This document shows positions 15,516 through 27,795 of a stretch of 40,134 nt of DNA, piece by piece; position 1 is the stretch's first letter, and each line of letters opens with the position of its first letter. The stretch spans positions 1 through 40,134 of the forward strand of contig NMRA01000988.1 in assembly GCA_002633005.1 (NCBI GenBank), given 5' to 3'. Origin of the DNA: Phoronis australis (taxonomy: Eukaryota; Animalia; Phoronida). The position numbers and the translations under genes were made by a program. The notes beneath the pieces were generated by a model. The model had not been told where the DNA came from, ran no database searches, and saw only the letters and a list, made by a program, of their open reading frames with translations.

Positions 15516-15600
15516 ATCGAGTTACCCATATCTCCAAATTCGGCCCTTTTTCGAGGGCACTACATACGGTAACCTTAAAAGCCGAAATATTGGTGAATTA

Positions 15601-16798
15601 GACAGTGGAGGATCATTTTGGATGAATACACGCTATTTGTACATAAAACAATCAATGGTGATCAAATAAAGATGAAGAACAGGGCCGATCGACGGGGCGT
15701 TCAGCGCCGGCGGGAATGAATTTTGTCCGATCTGCTATTATACAGAACGCAATTATACTACAGTTTATTGTAATAAGTACCTGCTAACACATCCTTGACT
15801 TCTTGTGGCGCAGCAAGAGACCACGTTGCAAGTTTCTCCGCGAGTTTTAGAAATTTTCATAAAATATTTCAATCAGAATCAAAGTGACTACAAACCCGTC
15901 TTTTACCACTTACAGTTATGACATTGACCTCAAATCTGATTTCATGGTTTTGAAATTTAATTATTACTTGAAACAAGGCCCTGAGGACCTTTTTAGAGAA
16001 AGACGAATTACGTCACGGCAGATATAACGTCTACATATCTAACCAACAGATGGAGAGAAGAAGTGATATATCAAATTTGTACTCCGTCGTGCCCATGCAC
16101 CAAGTTTCTATATCCATGAATTGGCAAATATTTCTGGGAATTTCCCATCGCTTGAAATAAATACGCGCTCCAGACGCCGACGCTATTTTCCGTTTTCCAA
16201 TAGCCATGGCAAGTCGAGGAAATTGGTCATAGGCATGGACAAGTTTGCGTAGCAGGTTAGTGAGCCAATTCTTATTCATTTAATGAAATCTTCAGTTTCT
16301 GAGACAGATGTAACCTAGAAAACTGACTGAAATGACGTTAAGTTTTAATAACATAATCCATTCCTTTTGAATAGCTCGTTTGGCACTTTCCCAGGTTATG
16401 CTTCCTTAATATCGAAAGTGCAACCAACACATCATTGTCTGCACCCAGTGTCAACATTCGGCGATCTGTTTTTAAAATTCTGTATTCAAACCGTGTTGTA
16501 TCAAGTCATTTATTTTCCACTGTTACACATATCAGTCGTTTGAACGCACTTTTTATGCTCCAAGTATGCCAGTTGTTTGGGACGACTTCAATCGATTTCA
16601 GTCACCTGACGAATGTTTATCCGTCCTCAGGTCTACATTATTTTAGAGCAAGAACTTCACAACTCATGCAATACGATCTTAAGAGCTCAAATGATTTCTT
16701 GCCGACGAAGATTTGAAACAATCTGCTCGTTAACCCAATATAAAAATGCTTACAACAATCCCGGTGACTTATGGAATTTCCCACTCAAACAAAGACTC
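15601..16798 (+). repeat. ~1.2-kb diverged direct repeat, copy 1
   Basis: Collinear with 18346-19521 (e.g. CCACGTTGCAAGTTT, GACTACAAACCCGTCTT, GAGCCAATTCT...TTCAGTTTCTG). Confidence 0.88.
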
Positions 16799-18345
16799 GC
16801 GACTTGTTTGTGCAGCAACCACTTTATTTACGCTTGTTTACTATACACACGATTCACGCACCTAGGAAGGCCGACCTAATAAAGGCTGATCTTAACGCAA
16901 CACTTAATAGTTTTATCAGCCACCACCCCATTGTCATTAAAATGTGGCCTCTGCTTGGTTGACTGGGCATTTTGTTTTTTAAAGAGCGTTTGAAGGCTCC
17001 CAATGCTTGTTTTAACACGAATATGTTCTGGTCGAAAGAATGTTTGTTGTTAATCCCTTACCTTATTTTTGTTCAGTCGTGTCAAAAGTTTCGCTATCCA
17101 ACGCAAAAGCAGCCTTTGATTTGGTCTATTTAGCGTCATGAATTTTAGTCGTAATGAACTTTTCCTTAGTCAATTTGGCAGCCAACATTTGAACTTCGTT
17201 GGAACTGGCAGCTCCTTTCTGCTAACGACCAGGCTTTGCAAATTCACACAATTCATGTGCTGATCGTAATCTCAAGGAATTACGAACTGTCTGTTCTTAT
17301 TGGATATAGAGACTAGGCCTCATGGTGGAAACTAATTTTATGGCGGAAGTTCGCAGGTACCCTTCAGAAACTTCGAATTTGTAATAAATCTGTCACATCG
17401 ACACCCACCTGTCACCTGTTTTATATAATGTGGTGAGTTTTAGCAGTCTAAATGCACTCTCTAAGTTCATAGTAATTGCAATGGAATGGTGGCTAGGTTG
17501 AGACTCTAGATTTGAAATCAGTATACTGTTAATATTTCAAGGCGTTGTACACACTGTGGAACAAAGAGGCGGAGCTAGCTGCTTTTATCAAGCTATAACC
17601 TCCACTCATAGCCCACAAAGGTGCAAGTTTAACTTAATTCAAATATTTAAAGCGACATCAAACCCGCGTTCTGTCTAGGAAACTGAATTTGTGCCACTGC
17701 CAGTTCTTTCCTAGTCCAGACATCACACCTATTTGGCAAAGTAACAATTTGAGGTCATTTTCACAATGGTAAGTTGTGTAAATCAAAAGCGGATTTGTAA
17801 TCGCTTTAATCTTCATTTAATTCCCAGATGCGTTGTAACTCCACGTTTGTATGTGTTAGCCATTTTTTTGAAAAAAAGGTATTAGCTAGTGATATGACAA
17901 AGAGAACAGGTCACGTGCTATTGTTTTAGCTGTGAACACAAGTCCACACGACTTGTTCTGGACACGTTTTCGTCCATCATCTCGAATTTTTAATTTGGTA
18001 GGGTTCGCAGTTTCGATGTAAGTGCTCACAACTTCGATAATTCAAGTTCAAATCTCGTGGGCCCAGTCAGAAACCAGTTCTACTCAAGTGTGTTGGATTT
18101 TCTCGTGGTTTCCGAGAAGAGGTTTCCAAAGAAATTTGGAATGTGTTACTTCACAGTTGCTTCAAAAACATGACTGGATTACATGATCATTCATGGTTCT
18201 GTCCATGTCTCCTTCACAAGAATTTGCAAACCCAGTTTAAGGAAAACTCGTTAAAAAAGACCAGTTCCAAAAACACTACCCCTTCGTCTGTTTTCGCTTC
18301 TGCCAGAAGAAACTCTCGTAGATTACGTAGGTTAACTTTTGACGT

Positions 18346-19521
18346 CAACAGTGGAAGATAACTGGATGGATATACGCTATTTGTACGTAAGAGACCGGAT
18401 AAAGATGAAGAACAGAGCTAATCAACAGCTTTCAGAGCCGGCCGGATTGTAAATCTTCTGATCCACTATTAGAACGCAATTATACACTGCACTACAGCTA
18501 ATAACTTCCCGCTAACACATTTTTTACTTCTGTTGACGCAGCAAATAACCACGTTGCAAGTTTTTCCGCGCGTTTTAGAAATTTTCATAAAACATTTTGA
18601 CCAGACTTAAATCGACTACAAACCCGTCTTCTACCACAAAATCGACTTTTGACTTATACTACTTACAGTTCTTACATTGACCTCAAATCAGATTTCCTGG
18701 TTTTAAAAATTAATTTTTACATAAGACAAGGCCTTGCGGGCCTTTTTACAGATAGACGGATACCTCACGGCAGATAAAACGACGTCTATATATCTAACCA
18801 ACAGATGGAGAGAAGCAATGATACTTCGAATTTCCACTCCGTCGTGGCCACGCACCAAGTTTCGATATCCATGAATTGATAAACATTTTCGTGAATTTCC
18901 CGTCTCTTGAAATAAATACGTGCTCTAGACGCTGACGCCAGTCACCGGGCAAGTCGGGAAAATGGGAATAGATACGGACAGGATTGCATAGCAGGTTAGC
19001 GAGCCAATTCTGATTCATTTAATGAAATCTTCAGTTTCTGGGACAGGCAATACCTAGAAAACTGGCGTAAAGGAGGTTGCGTTTTATTAATATAATCCAT
19101 TCCTTTCTAATAGCTTGTTGGCACTTTCCCAGGTATGCTTCCTTAACATTGAAAGTGCAACCAACACTTCAGTGCTGTAATCAGTGTTAACCTTCCGCGA
19201 TTTGTTTTTCATATTCTATATTCACAACCATATTGTATCAAGACAACTTATTTTCCATTGTTACACATATCATTCATTGGAACGTACTTTTTATGATCAG
19301 TTGTTTTGGAGACGAAATCAATTGATTTCAATCACTTGACACATTTTTCGGTACTTCTCAGGTGGCTCCTTAATATCGAAAATGCAACTAAAATTTAATT
19401 CACCAGGGCAAAGTGGAGACATTCCTTTACCCCAAGTATCAATATATTCGTTAATCCAAACTGAAAAGTTTTACAAAAATTCCGGTGACCCAAGGAAGTC
19501 CCCAGTTAAACAAACAAACTC
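18346..19521 (+). repeat. ~1.2-kb diverged direct repeat, copy 2
   Basis: See copy 1; many substitutions and indels. Confidence 0.88.
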
Positions 19522-20572
19522 TAGCCACATAATGCGTGGCGAACAACAAAATGTGAACACCATGAGACTTATCAATAGCTACTTTTGAAAGCTATAAGCA
19601 AAATGTGTGTTCAGTTTTTTGTGTTCTCATGTTTCAGCATTTTGTTTGCGCAGTGCTTGGCTTCTATGCATTTGATTCACTGACCCCGGTCTGTCGGATC
19701 ACGGCATAGAACTCGATGAAATATGTTTTTAAAATCGGAACAATTGGGGAAAGTGACACCCTTTTTTAATGTTAAAACATTTTACAATCACTAAAACGTT
19801 TCAAAAATCCGCCATTTTTCAAGCGAATTGCATGAAATTACGCATGTTGACGAATAAAAAGTCCAAGGGACACACATCTTACACGTTTCACCCTATACCT
19901 TCTCATGCTATTTTACAAGTGTCGCGCGCTAGCGTCACGCGCTTCGCACAGTCTCGCGCTAACCTTTGCCTAACTCACGTAATTCAGTTGACATGCTTTG
20001 TGGTTATCGCGCACGCGGTGATAAAATTAACGGCAACCAAAAAAGTGGAGTTGTAAATCTTCGCCAAAGTCAACTTAATTCTCACAACTAAGCTTCAACA
20101 AAGATATATATATATATAGAAGTAGAAAGGACCAATGATGAAAGTAAGCGTTTTTTTATGATAGTTTTAAGTGTAGAATGTATTTTTGACGAGGTGAAAA
20201 CTCGAAATCGGTATCCCAAGTCCGGTCACGGCCCGTTTAAAATACACTGAAGAAACGAAATGAGTACAGAAAGCGAATGGAAGTATTGTAACCCCTATAT
20301 GGCTAACCGAGGGGCTACGTGTTGCCTACCAGATGGCCCGGCGTTGGTTTGAATGTGCTAAATCTCCCCTTACTCCCAGCTCTCCTAATGTTGTTTATCC
20401 ATTTTTCACGATGTTCTTGGTTTGCAGGGAACACATAAAAACTCAGATTTTTATCTCTCTTGTTGTTTTTGAAGCAGCCAGGAAAACAAGTTTATACCAC
20501 AATATTAGCGTCAAATGGCAGATAAAACCGTGTAATAACCCATAAAGTTATCTCACTAGTGAGATAACGATT

Positions 20573-20651
20573 TGGCGGGAAACCGAGGACGGTGTCGAAC
20601 CCGGGACCTTGGTATTGCTGATCGCCAACATTAACCACTACACCACGCAGC
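20573..20651 (-). mobile_element. tRNA-derived SINE-like head (Pol III A/B boxes)
   Basis: Minus strand GCTGCGTGGTGTAGTGGTTAA...CCCGGGTTCGACACC: A box TGGTGTAGTGG, B box GGTTCGACACC; no proper acceptor stem. Confidence 0.6.
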
Positions 20652-21202
20652 GAATGACGTCTTTAAGAGTGAAAATAGAATACTTAAATGAGCACGCGCA
20701 ATAATCGCACGTTCATCAAACCGCATTGTACTGTACTTGTACGCTACGAAAAATAAGACACATAATTTCCATAAAAATGATATCTTAATTCAGTGAATTT
20801 TTTCTCTCATGTCCTCTTACTTGTAAATCACCGATCTCCAGTTTGAATGCGGGTATCGTGTCGTCAGGATCTTTGACTTGAGAATTATATTCAGTTACCA
20901 GTGGTAACCTACTTTAGCAGACGATAATTTCCCGGTCGAAGCTTAGCGTGTAAAAAACGTGTTTTAAGCTATAATAGTTGCTTAACCTTCATTTAGAGAT
21001 TGATTCACTTCATTTCTATTTTGTTTTAATTTCCAATTGGTTTTGAGTATAAGCATTATTTGAGAAAAATAGCTCAGCTTTTCTTAAAAGGTCACGACCT
21101 CCGACCCCGGGCCTCTGACATAGAAAGTAGTTACAAAGCCGAGGCGAGTCGAGAAAGGTAGATCGATTCATTGCAATGTTTGTCGTTTAGTATGTGGTAT
21201 AA

Positions 21203-21330
21203 ATAGATTATTACATGTTCTCAGTCGTTATCCCCCTTATCTAGAGCCCTCGTGGATTTTGTAGAATTCTCCAAAATCCACTCGGGCTCTAGATAACGGG
21301 GGATAACGACTTCGCCATGTAATAATCTAT
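21203..21330. repeat. 128-bp near-perfect palindrome (hairpin MITE-like)
   Basis: ATAGATTATTACATG...AGTCGTTATCCCC...TCTAGAGCCC..GTGGATTTTG|CAAAATCCAC..GGGCTCTAGA...GGGGATAACGACT...CATGTAATAATCTAT. Confidence 0.9.
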
Positions 21331-22209
21331 ATGCTCATACCGCGTATTATGCTTGTTACTATGGCCGCTTTCGGAATCCTGACCACAGCACCCACAATGC
21401 ACCATTTTAACCTAATTTCCATATGGCGTCGCTGCAAATCCGCTATTGGCTATTCTTAATGACACAATTACTCAAGAATTTGACAACTTTATCTCTGTCT
21501 CGGCTAGAGGAAATGCTCTTGTAGATTATATTTTAACAGGCCAAAATAATTTGAAGAATTGTGTATCGTTTTCTGTTACTAAGACTTCTGATATTATTGA
21601 CATGTTAGATATCCAGGCATTGATTGGGACAAGATGCAAAGCATCAGATCATTCTGTTTTTGTTTTAAAGTTTAAAATCTCCTCGCCTGGTTTATGTTCA
21701 TCTGGTATCGGCAGACCTTTAGATTTAGATACTCTTTCGAAAAGACGTATACATGACACCTCAAGTATCCCTGTAGATTTTAGTAATAATGTGACATTTA
21801 ATGAAGAAACTTTATGTTTAATTGATTCATTATTGTTATCATATGAACACCAGAACCAACGTGATGTAGTGTATCAGTCATTTGTTGACCTATTAATTAA
21901 GGAAATGGAGCCTTTGCTGGACTACAAGGATTATTATCTGAGTCTTAAACTAAGAAAGTACTTTAAAAGGAATCAGCCTTACTGGAATTCGGAACTTAAC
22001 GATTTGTGGAAAATTTAAAATACATTAAGAAACAACTTCCAAGAAGTCAAAGAGGGCGCCGGAACTGGTCACATTACAAACAGCTATTTATGTCTGCTCA
22101 ATATAAATTTGACAAGAAACCAAAATGCGCGAAACGTTCATACAAGTTAAAGGTTCAGATTGAAGTTGAGAATCTGAATACTGAAAATCCTAAGGATTTC
22201 TGGGCATCT

Positions 22210-23743
22210 GTTTGTTTTCACTCAGGGGCGGTTGCTGACTGGAGGCGTTATCTAAACACAGGCAGATCACGGCTTCAAGAGGGATAGAAGGCAGCAATTG
22301 ATTGGTTTAAGTTTAAATATAGCTAGGGTATTCCCAATTTTCTATCCAATTAGGATTGAGACACCAGACTCTGTATTATTAACTTATTGTTTGTGAAGTT
22401 AATGCCTATTGGCTCTCATTTCTGGACTTCAGAACCATTTCCTCACAAGCTAATTATCATGAGGGCGTTCTGTCGTTCAGCAACTTTTCCAGACGTGAGG
22501 GCTTCTGAGTGTGCGACAACATCTGGCTCCTTGTGAATTGCCCAGCACAGTCTCTTGTCCCATATGACAACAAGCACGCCAATTATCTCCCAGGCTCCAA
22601 GGGTTACTGAAACCTGGCAGAATAGGTTGTCTTAACTTCTGTTGTAGTTGGGCGGTTTTGGTGATTCACAAACTAAACATGATCACCATTTGACAAGGCT
22701 TTCAGAAATGCTATTGGTTTATGTTCAAATATGTTAGAACTTAACTTTCATTTTTAGCAGTAAGTACAGCCCAGTCAGGCTGATACGATCTGATCGAAGA
22801 TTAGAGCAAGTATCGAACAAAAGAGAGCCGGCCTCCAACCATGAATGCCAGAATGGAGTTAATCAGTCGTGTAAGATATTGGCTACAGGGGTGATCTTCC
22901 CAACTTGTTGGGCTATAGAATCGAACAAGTTTGGAGCAACGGGAAAACGCCGTAATGTCAATTCAAGGAAAAACTTTGCAGTGGTCGTTGTAGTAACTTT
23001 TGAAAGGTTGTAGAGATGTTCTTCCATGAAGTATTACATAACACTGCTGTCACCACTTAATCATCTGCTAGGGTGCTCCTGTTCATTTTATTAGAAATGA
23101 CCAGAAAGAATAACAAAATGTCCAATTACTGGGAACGTTCTACTCTTTCATCAGCACTGTGCATACACTCACTTGAAATAGTTGTCTTGGTATTACACGG
23201 ACATCATCTCTGCTGCTGTCTCACAGTTCTTGAAGTTTTTGGTATGGAGGATAGTGTGGATACTGATGACACTGGTCACATTGATATATATTCACTTCAG
23301 TGATTATGGATATGAAAGTATGGATACTGATGGCACCGTGTGGTCAGATTTAGATAAAAATTTCATGCAATGATCTAGATTATGATGAGGATATACCACA
23401 AGGAAAACTTTGCTGACAAAATTTCTGGAAATTTAAATGGATTATTTGTAAACAAATGTCTTTGTTTCTGGAAAACTAAAAGCTAAACTACTTGTTCAAC
23501 CCTTTATCAATATTAAACTTGGATAAAATTTGTATCAACATGAAATTCATTTACTCAAGACGCATTGCTAAAAATTTGGTAAATATATGTCTACTAATGA
23601 CTAAGAAATGAGGTTTTAATTATGTGCAAGTGCTTGTGACCTACTTCTGAGTGAAATAAACTCCGACCTCAAGGAAGTAGTCATTCCACAGCTCATCCAG
23701 ACCATTGATCTGTTTACACCCTATGGTGCTCAGGGTAGAATGA
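22210..23743 (+). mobile_element. 1.5-kb insertion in the LINE, bounded by GTT; putative DIRS-like remnant
   Basis: Removing it restores FWASV-KKLGPK; GTT occurs at both junctions (22210-12, 23744-46); decayed peptides (ADKISGNLNGLFVNK, DLKEVVIPQLIQTIDL) are reminiscent of DIRS gag (inference). Confidence 0.5.
22458..22957. mobile_element. ~500-bp MITE, homologous (inverted) to 32124-32637
   Basis: Termini CATGAGGGCGTTCT.../...AACGGGAAAACGCCGTAATG; internal collinearity with the revcomp of 32124-32637. Confidence 0.8.
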
Positions 23744-25779
23744 GTTAAAAAAAACTGGGACCAAAATAGTTTAGCGAAGTTCCCGAGGAAATCTTGGATT
23801 CAAATAATGAAATAAACTCTGATGGAAATTTTGTTCTTAATAAATGGAAAAATTATTACGAGCAATTATTTAAGTGTACTTCTGAAAATAAACCATTTGA
23901 TGATGAATTTTATTTGAAAAACTTGAATTTGCGCAAGCAGCTAGAAAATGATTGTTCTAATATAACTGATCATGGCTTAAACTGTGAAATCTCTATTGAT
24001 GAGGTTAGGAACGTTGTTATGAAAACAAAGAATAACAAAGCCGTCGGCTATGACCGTATATCTTATGAGGTGTTAAGATTCGAAACTATTGTTGTTTTTC
24101 TAACCCAGTTGTTCAGTGGATCTTTTAAACGTGGACTAATGCCTTTGACTGGTATAAGGCAATTATAATCCTGATACCTAAGAATTGTACAGATGACCCT
24201 AGATTACCTTCGAACTACCGTGGGATTAGTCTTCTTTCAAATATTTATAAAATCTTCAGTGGTGTGTTGAATAAAAGGATTTTGGGTTTCTGTGAACAGA
24301 ACAATATTTTAGTTAACGAGCAAAATGGTTTTCGAAGCCAACGGTCCTGTATTGATCACTTATATGTCCTGTCACCAATTATTCAAACAAGAAAGTCAAC
24401 TAACCTTTCTGCATTTGTGACATTTGTGGACATGAAAAAAAGCTTTTGACTGGGCCAACCATGAACTTCTGTGGTCCGAACAACATTTCAGTGCTTCTTT
24501 ATGCCGACTATATTGCCCTTGTGTCTGAGAATAAAAATGACATTCAAGAAATGTTGAAAGCCACTGGTGTAAAATTTGGTTGTACACATGGCAAAAACTA
24601 ATGCTGTTCATTTTCGAGCTAAGTCTATGCCTAGAAGCAATTTTGAATTTATTTTCAACAGTGTCATCAGTTATAAATCCTCATACAAATATTTAGGCTG
24701 TATTCTGGATCAATATCTTGACTTCAAAGAAAATTTGAATTCGTTATCTAAAGCTTCTGGTAGAGCGTTAGGGAAGATATGCTCAACATTCCGTGATAAC
24801 AAGACTCTAGGATTCGAAACGTTTAAAACATTATTTAATTCGTGTGTGGCACCAATTTTGGATTACGGGTCATCTGTTTGGGGTAATGATGAAAATATTC
24901 AAAACAGAGCTATGCGTTTTTATTTAGGGGTCGACCGATTTACAGCCACTCATGCTGTTAGTGGCGACATGGGGTGGGACTCCACCGGAAATAGATTTAA
25001 AATTGAATGTGTTGCGTCTGTGGAACAAACTAGTGACCACAGGATAGGTTACTGAAGAAGGTATTTCTAAGTGACTACTCTGTTGGTAGAAATGGTCGGA
25101 CAGACGGAATAAAAAAATTGTTTAACATGACTGACACGCAATCCTGTTTTCAAAATTTAACTACTTGTAACATAGTAGATGCAAGAAACAAACAATTTGA
25201 ATACTCGAAACATGTTTGGGCTGAGTCTGTTGCAACAAAACCCAAGTTAAGAACCTACATTTTATTTAGCGTGTGTTTTAAATTCATATGTGACGCTTAA
25301 TTTATCTAGTTCCGAACGATCTCTTTTGGCTCAGTTTAGGGCAGGAAATTTCCCATTGCACTTGGAAACTGGTCCATATGTAAACACTCATGTAAGTGAA
25401 AGACTTTGCTTGTGTTGTGATTCTGGTTCTGTGAAGGATGAGCTACATTTTGTGCTTGATTGTTATCTTTATAACTCTCGGAGGTCTATTCTTTTTAATA
25501 ATGTTTCACTTCAAGTCCCAAGCTTTGCAGATTTTAGAAGATAAGATACGTTAAAACTGCTTTTTCAGTATTTCCCTAGGCAATTTGCCAAATATATTAA
25601 CTCTGCTTCAGAACTTAGAAACCGTCGCATTCATGATGGCCTACATTTGAGTTATGTGACTTATAAGCCCAACTGGGCTGTGTATCTATTTTTCTTACGA
25701 ATGTTATACCTATAATTGTTTGAATTAATTGCACTTGTCATAATAATAAATAAATACAATACAATGCAATACAATACAC

Positions 25780-26409
25780 CTATGGTGGCACTGAACAGTT
25801 AGGCTGCGGCTGCGGCCAATTGCACTCCCAAAATATTAAAATCTAGGGGTAGGCCAGGCTTGGGGGCATTTTTAGTTAGGTATTGTATGTAGGCCAAGTG
25901 AATGTGGTTTGTTTGTATTTGTGAACATGTTGAGAATGAAAAAGACCACTTGCTCGGCTGTAGCTGCACTCTTCCTCAAGATGGTGGCCCCCTTTTGCAA
26001 TTGTGCATTGCTGGATAGCAACTGAGAAATTGGCCGCAATTTCAGGTAGCCCTCAAACAAGTCACATTTGCAGAAAAACTTGTTGGTTGGATCACATTTT
26101 TGGAATTGGTAGGAATTTTTCGGAATTTTATGTTTGCTATCGTCGAGCATCGGCAGGGAAGTGGTGGCTTTGGGGTGAAAAGTGCCGATTTTGCGGATAT
26201 TTTTTGCCCTAGTTTTCCTTAGCCTAGCTTGATTTTCAGTGGGAGTAAAAGGGTCAAAAATAAAGTTTTGGTGCTCATCTGTAGCTCCTGTGATGTAAAA
26301 TGACTCAAATTTTTTCTTTCCTTGCGTGCAGTTTTTGACCGAGTGAAGAGTCCATTGACGCGTGTTCTGATAGACAAACCCCTCTAAGAACTGTTCTGTG
26401 CCCCCTATG
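25780..26409. mobile_element. Putative non-autonomous DNA element with ~21-bp imperfect TIRs
   Basis: CTATGGTGGCACTGAACAGTT vs revcomp CATAGGGGGCACAGAACAGTT (16/21). Confidence 0.55.
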
Positions 26410-26449
26410 AGCAGGCCCAAAAGTTTCTAAACCTAATTTTGAGTCCACT

Positions 26450-27795
26450 TATAGAGAGCCCTTGAATGTTTTGAATGATTTCTTCCAATTAGTCGAAGAA
26501 CTCCGTTCGTTACATGGTATTCAATTGATGACCAGTCTCGACGCTTCCAGCTTATTTACTTATGTTCCAGTGGACCAGACTATTGACATATGTATAGATA
26601 AATTGTACCAAGGTGCCTCTTTAGTTCATGGTTTGAACAGCTTTGTTGTCATATATACATAGCTTGACTCGAGACAAAGGCTCTTGGATCCTTTAAAGAT
26701 AGCCCGTCTTCATATTATTGAAGATACCTTGATGAATACACTTTCTTAGTTTCGGATAACACTACCAGTGCAGAACATTATTTCCAGTGAAAGAATTCTC
26801 AACACCCTAGCATTGTGTTTACACAAGAGTTGGATGTTGATAGTGGGTTTCATTTCTTAGATGTACTAGTGACTAGAACCCAGAACAAGGGTATTGCCAC
26901 GTCTTGCCGTCATAAACCTACCTCTGGTGTGGGCATACCTTCACATCTATTAAGTGTAAACGGTCTGTGATTTGTGGTTAATTAGTAGAGCTAAACGGAT
27001 TTACTCGTCAAACAACAGAATACTAAACAATGAAATTTCCTTTATATGCACTAACTGGGAAGCGCTACCGAGGCTAGTTTACAGTAAAATAACACGATAT
27101 GGTGAAATAATAGGTCATAAATGTTTTGACAAACTAAACTATTGCAAACATAGATAAATACAACAATTATATAATATGCTGAGCTGCATGGGCAGCACAT
27201 CATAGGGGGCTGGGCGGGGCTATAACCCTCAACTTTTTCAGTGCTACACCGCTCATGACTGAGCTGTAAAGGTGGGTGACAGTCTGCCGGCCAATTGGCA
27301 CTACTGCAAGTATAACGAAGGTATATAATACAGTATGTTGAGCCACAAAGACGAGAAAATCAAGAGTAAGTAGAAAAGTAACAAATTATGGACGACGGCA
27401 CAATGTTGCCGGCGACTAGACAAAGAAATCACGTGATGCCATAATACCAATAGTAGAAGAACAAAGAGGGTCACTGACAAAAGAATCAAAACAATATGAT
27501 AATTAGGACAAATCAGTATAGCTTATACATAAAATAATTTAATACTTAAATAATATTCATATGCGCTAACTGCGAAACGATACCGAAGCTAGTTTACAGT
27601 GAGAGGATGAGATAGGTCTCATACATATTACTACAAAGTTAACTACTACAGATAAGTTTTAAATACAACAATGTTATAATATTTTGAGCTATGTAAAGGT
27701 GCATGGATAACAATCTGACACAGATGCATCAGAGGGATGCATGAAGTCAACTCTCATGAATAATGGTTATCCGTTGAATTTTATGCAGTCCTGTG
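26450..27795 (+). mobile_element. Penelope-like element RT remnant, interrupted by a ~700-bp insertion
   Basis: SLDASSLFTYVPVDQTI, NSQHPSIVFTQE...FHFLDVLVTR...RHKPT, LISRAKRIYS...EISF; resumes at 27741 with KSTLMNNGYPLNF. These are typical PLE RT motifs. Confidence 0.85.
27187..27257. mobile_element. 71-bp mini-MITE with CTGAGCTG target duplication
   Basis: CATGGGC...GCTCATG termini; (g)CTGAGCTG on the left, (a)CTGAGCTG on the right. Confidence 0.8.

Larger units (their letters stand above)
21446..25777 (+). mobile_element. Decayed 5'-truncated non-LTR retrotransposon (APE + RT; RTE-X or CR1/L2-group-like)
   Basis: APE C-terminal motifs (RG..VDY, SDH), PYWN, NPKDFW, KAVGYD, NYRGISLL, EQNGFR..RSCIDH, FVDMKK, YAD(Y), YKYLG, LETG..ERLC..C..DELHF..C; AATAAA followed by a (TACAA)n tail; many frameshifts; RT QG-motif region apparently deleted. 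Confidence 0.92.

Noticed and set aside
16031-19018. Paralogous small ORFs MNKNWL.../MNQNWL... in the direct repeats
   Set aside because: The frame is not conserved between copies; similarity reflects DNA duplication only.
19660-20240. Kolobok-like element ending ...CACGGCCCGTTTAA
   Set aside because: No matching opposite TIR could be found.
20573-20651. Functional tRNA gene
   Set aside because: Acceptor and T stems do not pair properly; better explained as SINE-derived.
25872-26420. 182-aa minus-strand ORF
   Set aside because: Non-ATG start, lies within a TIR-bounded repeat and has no recognisable domain.
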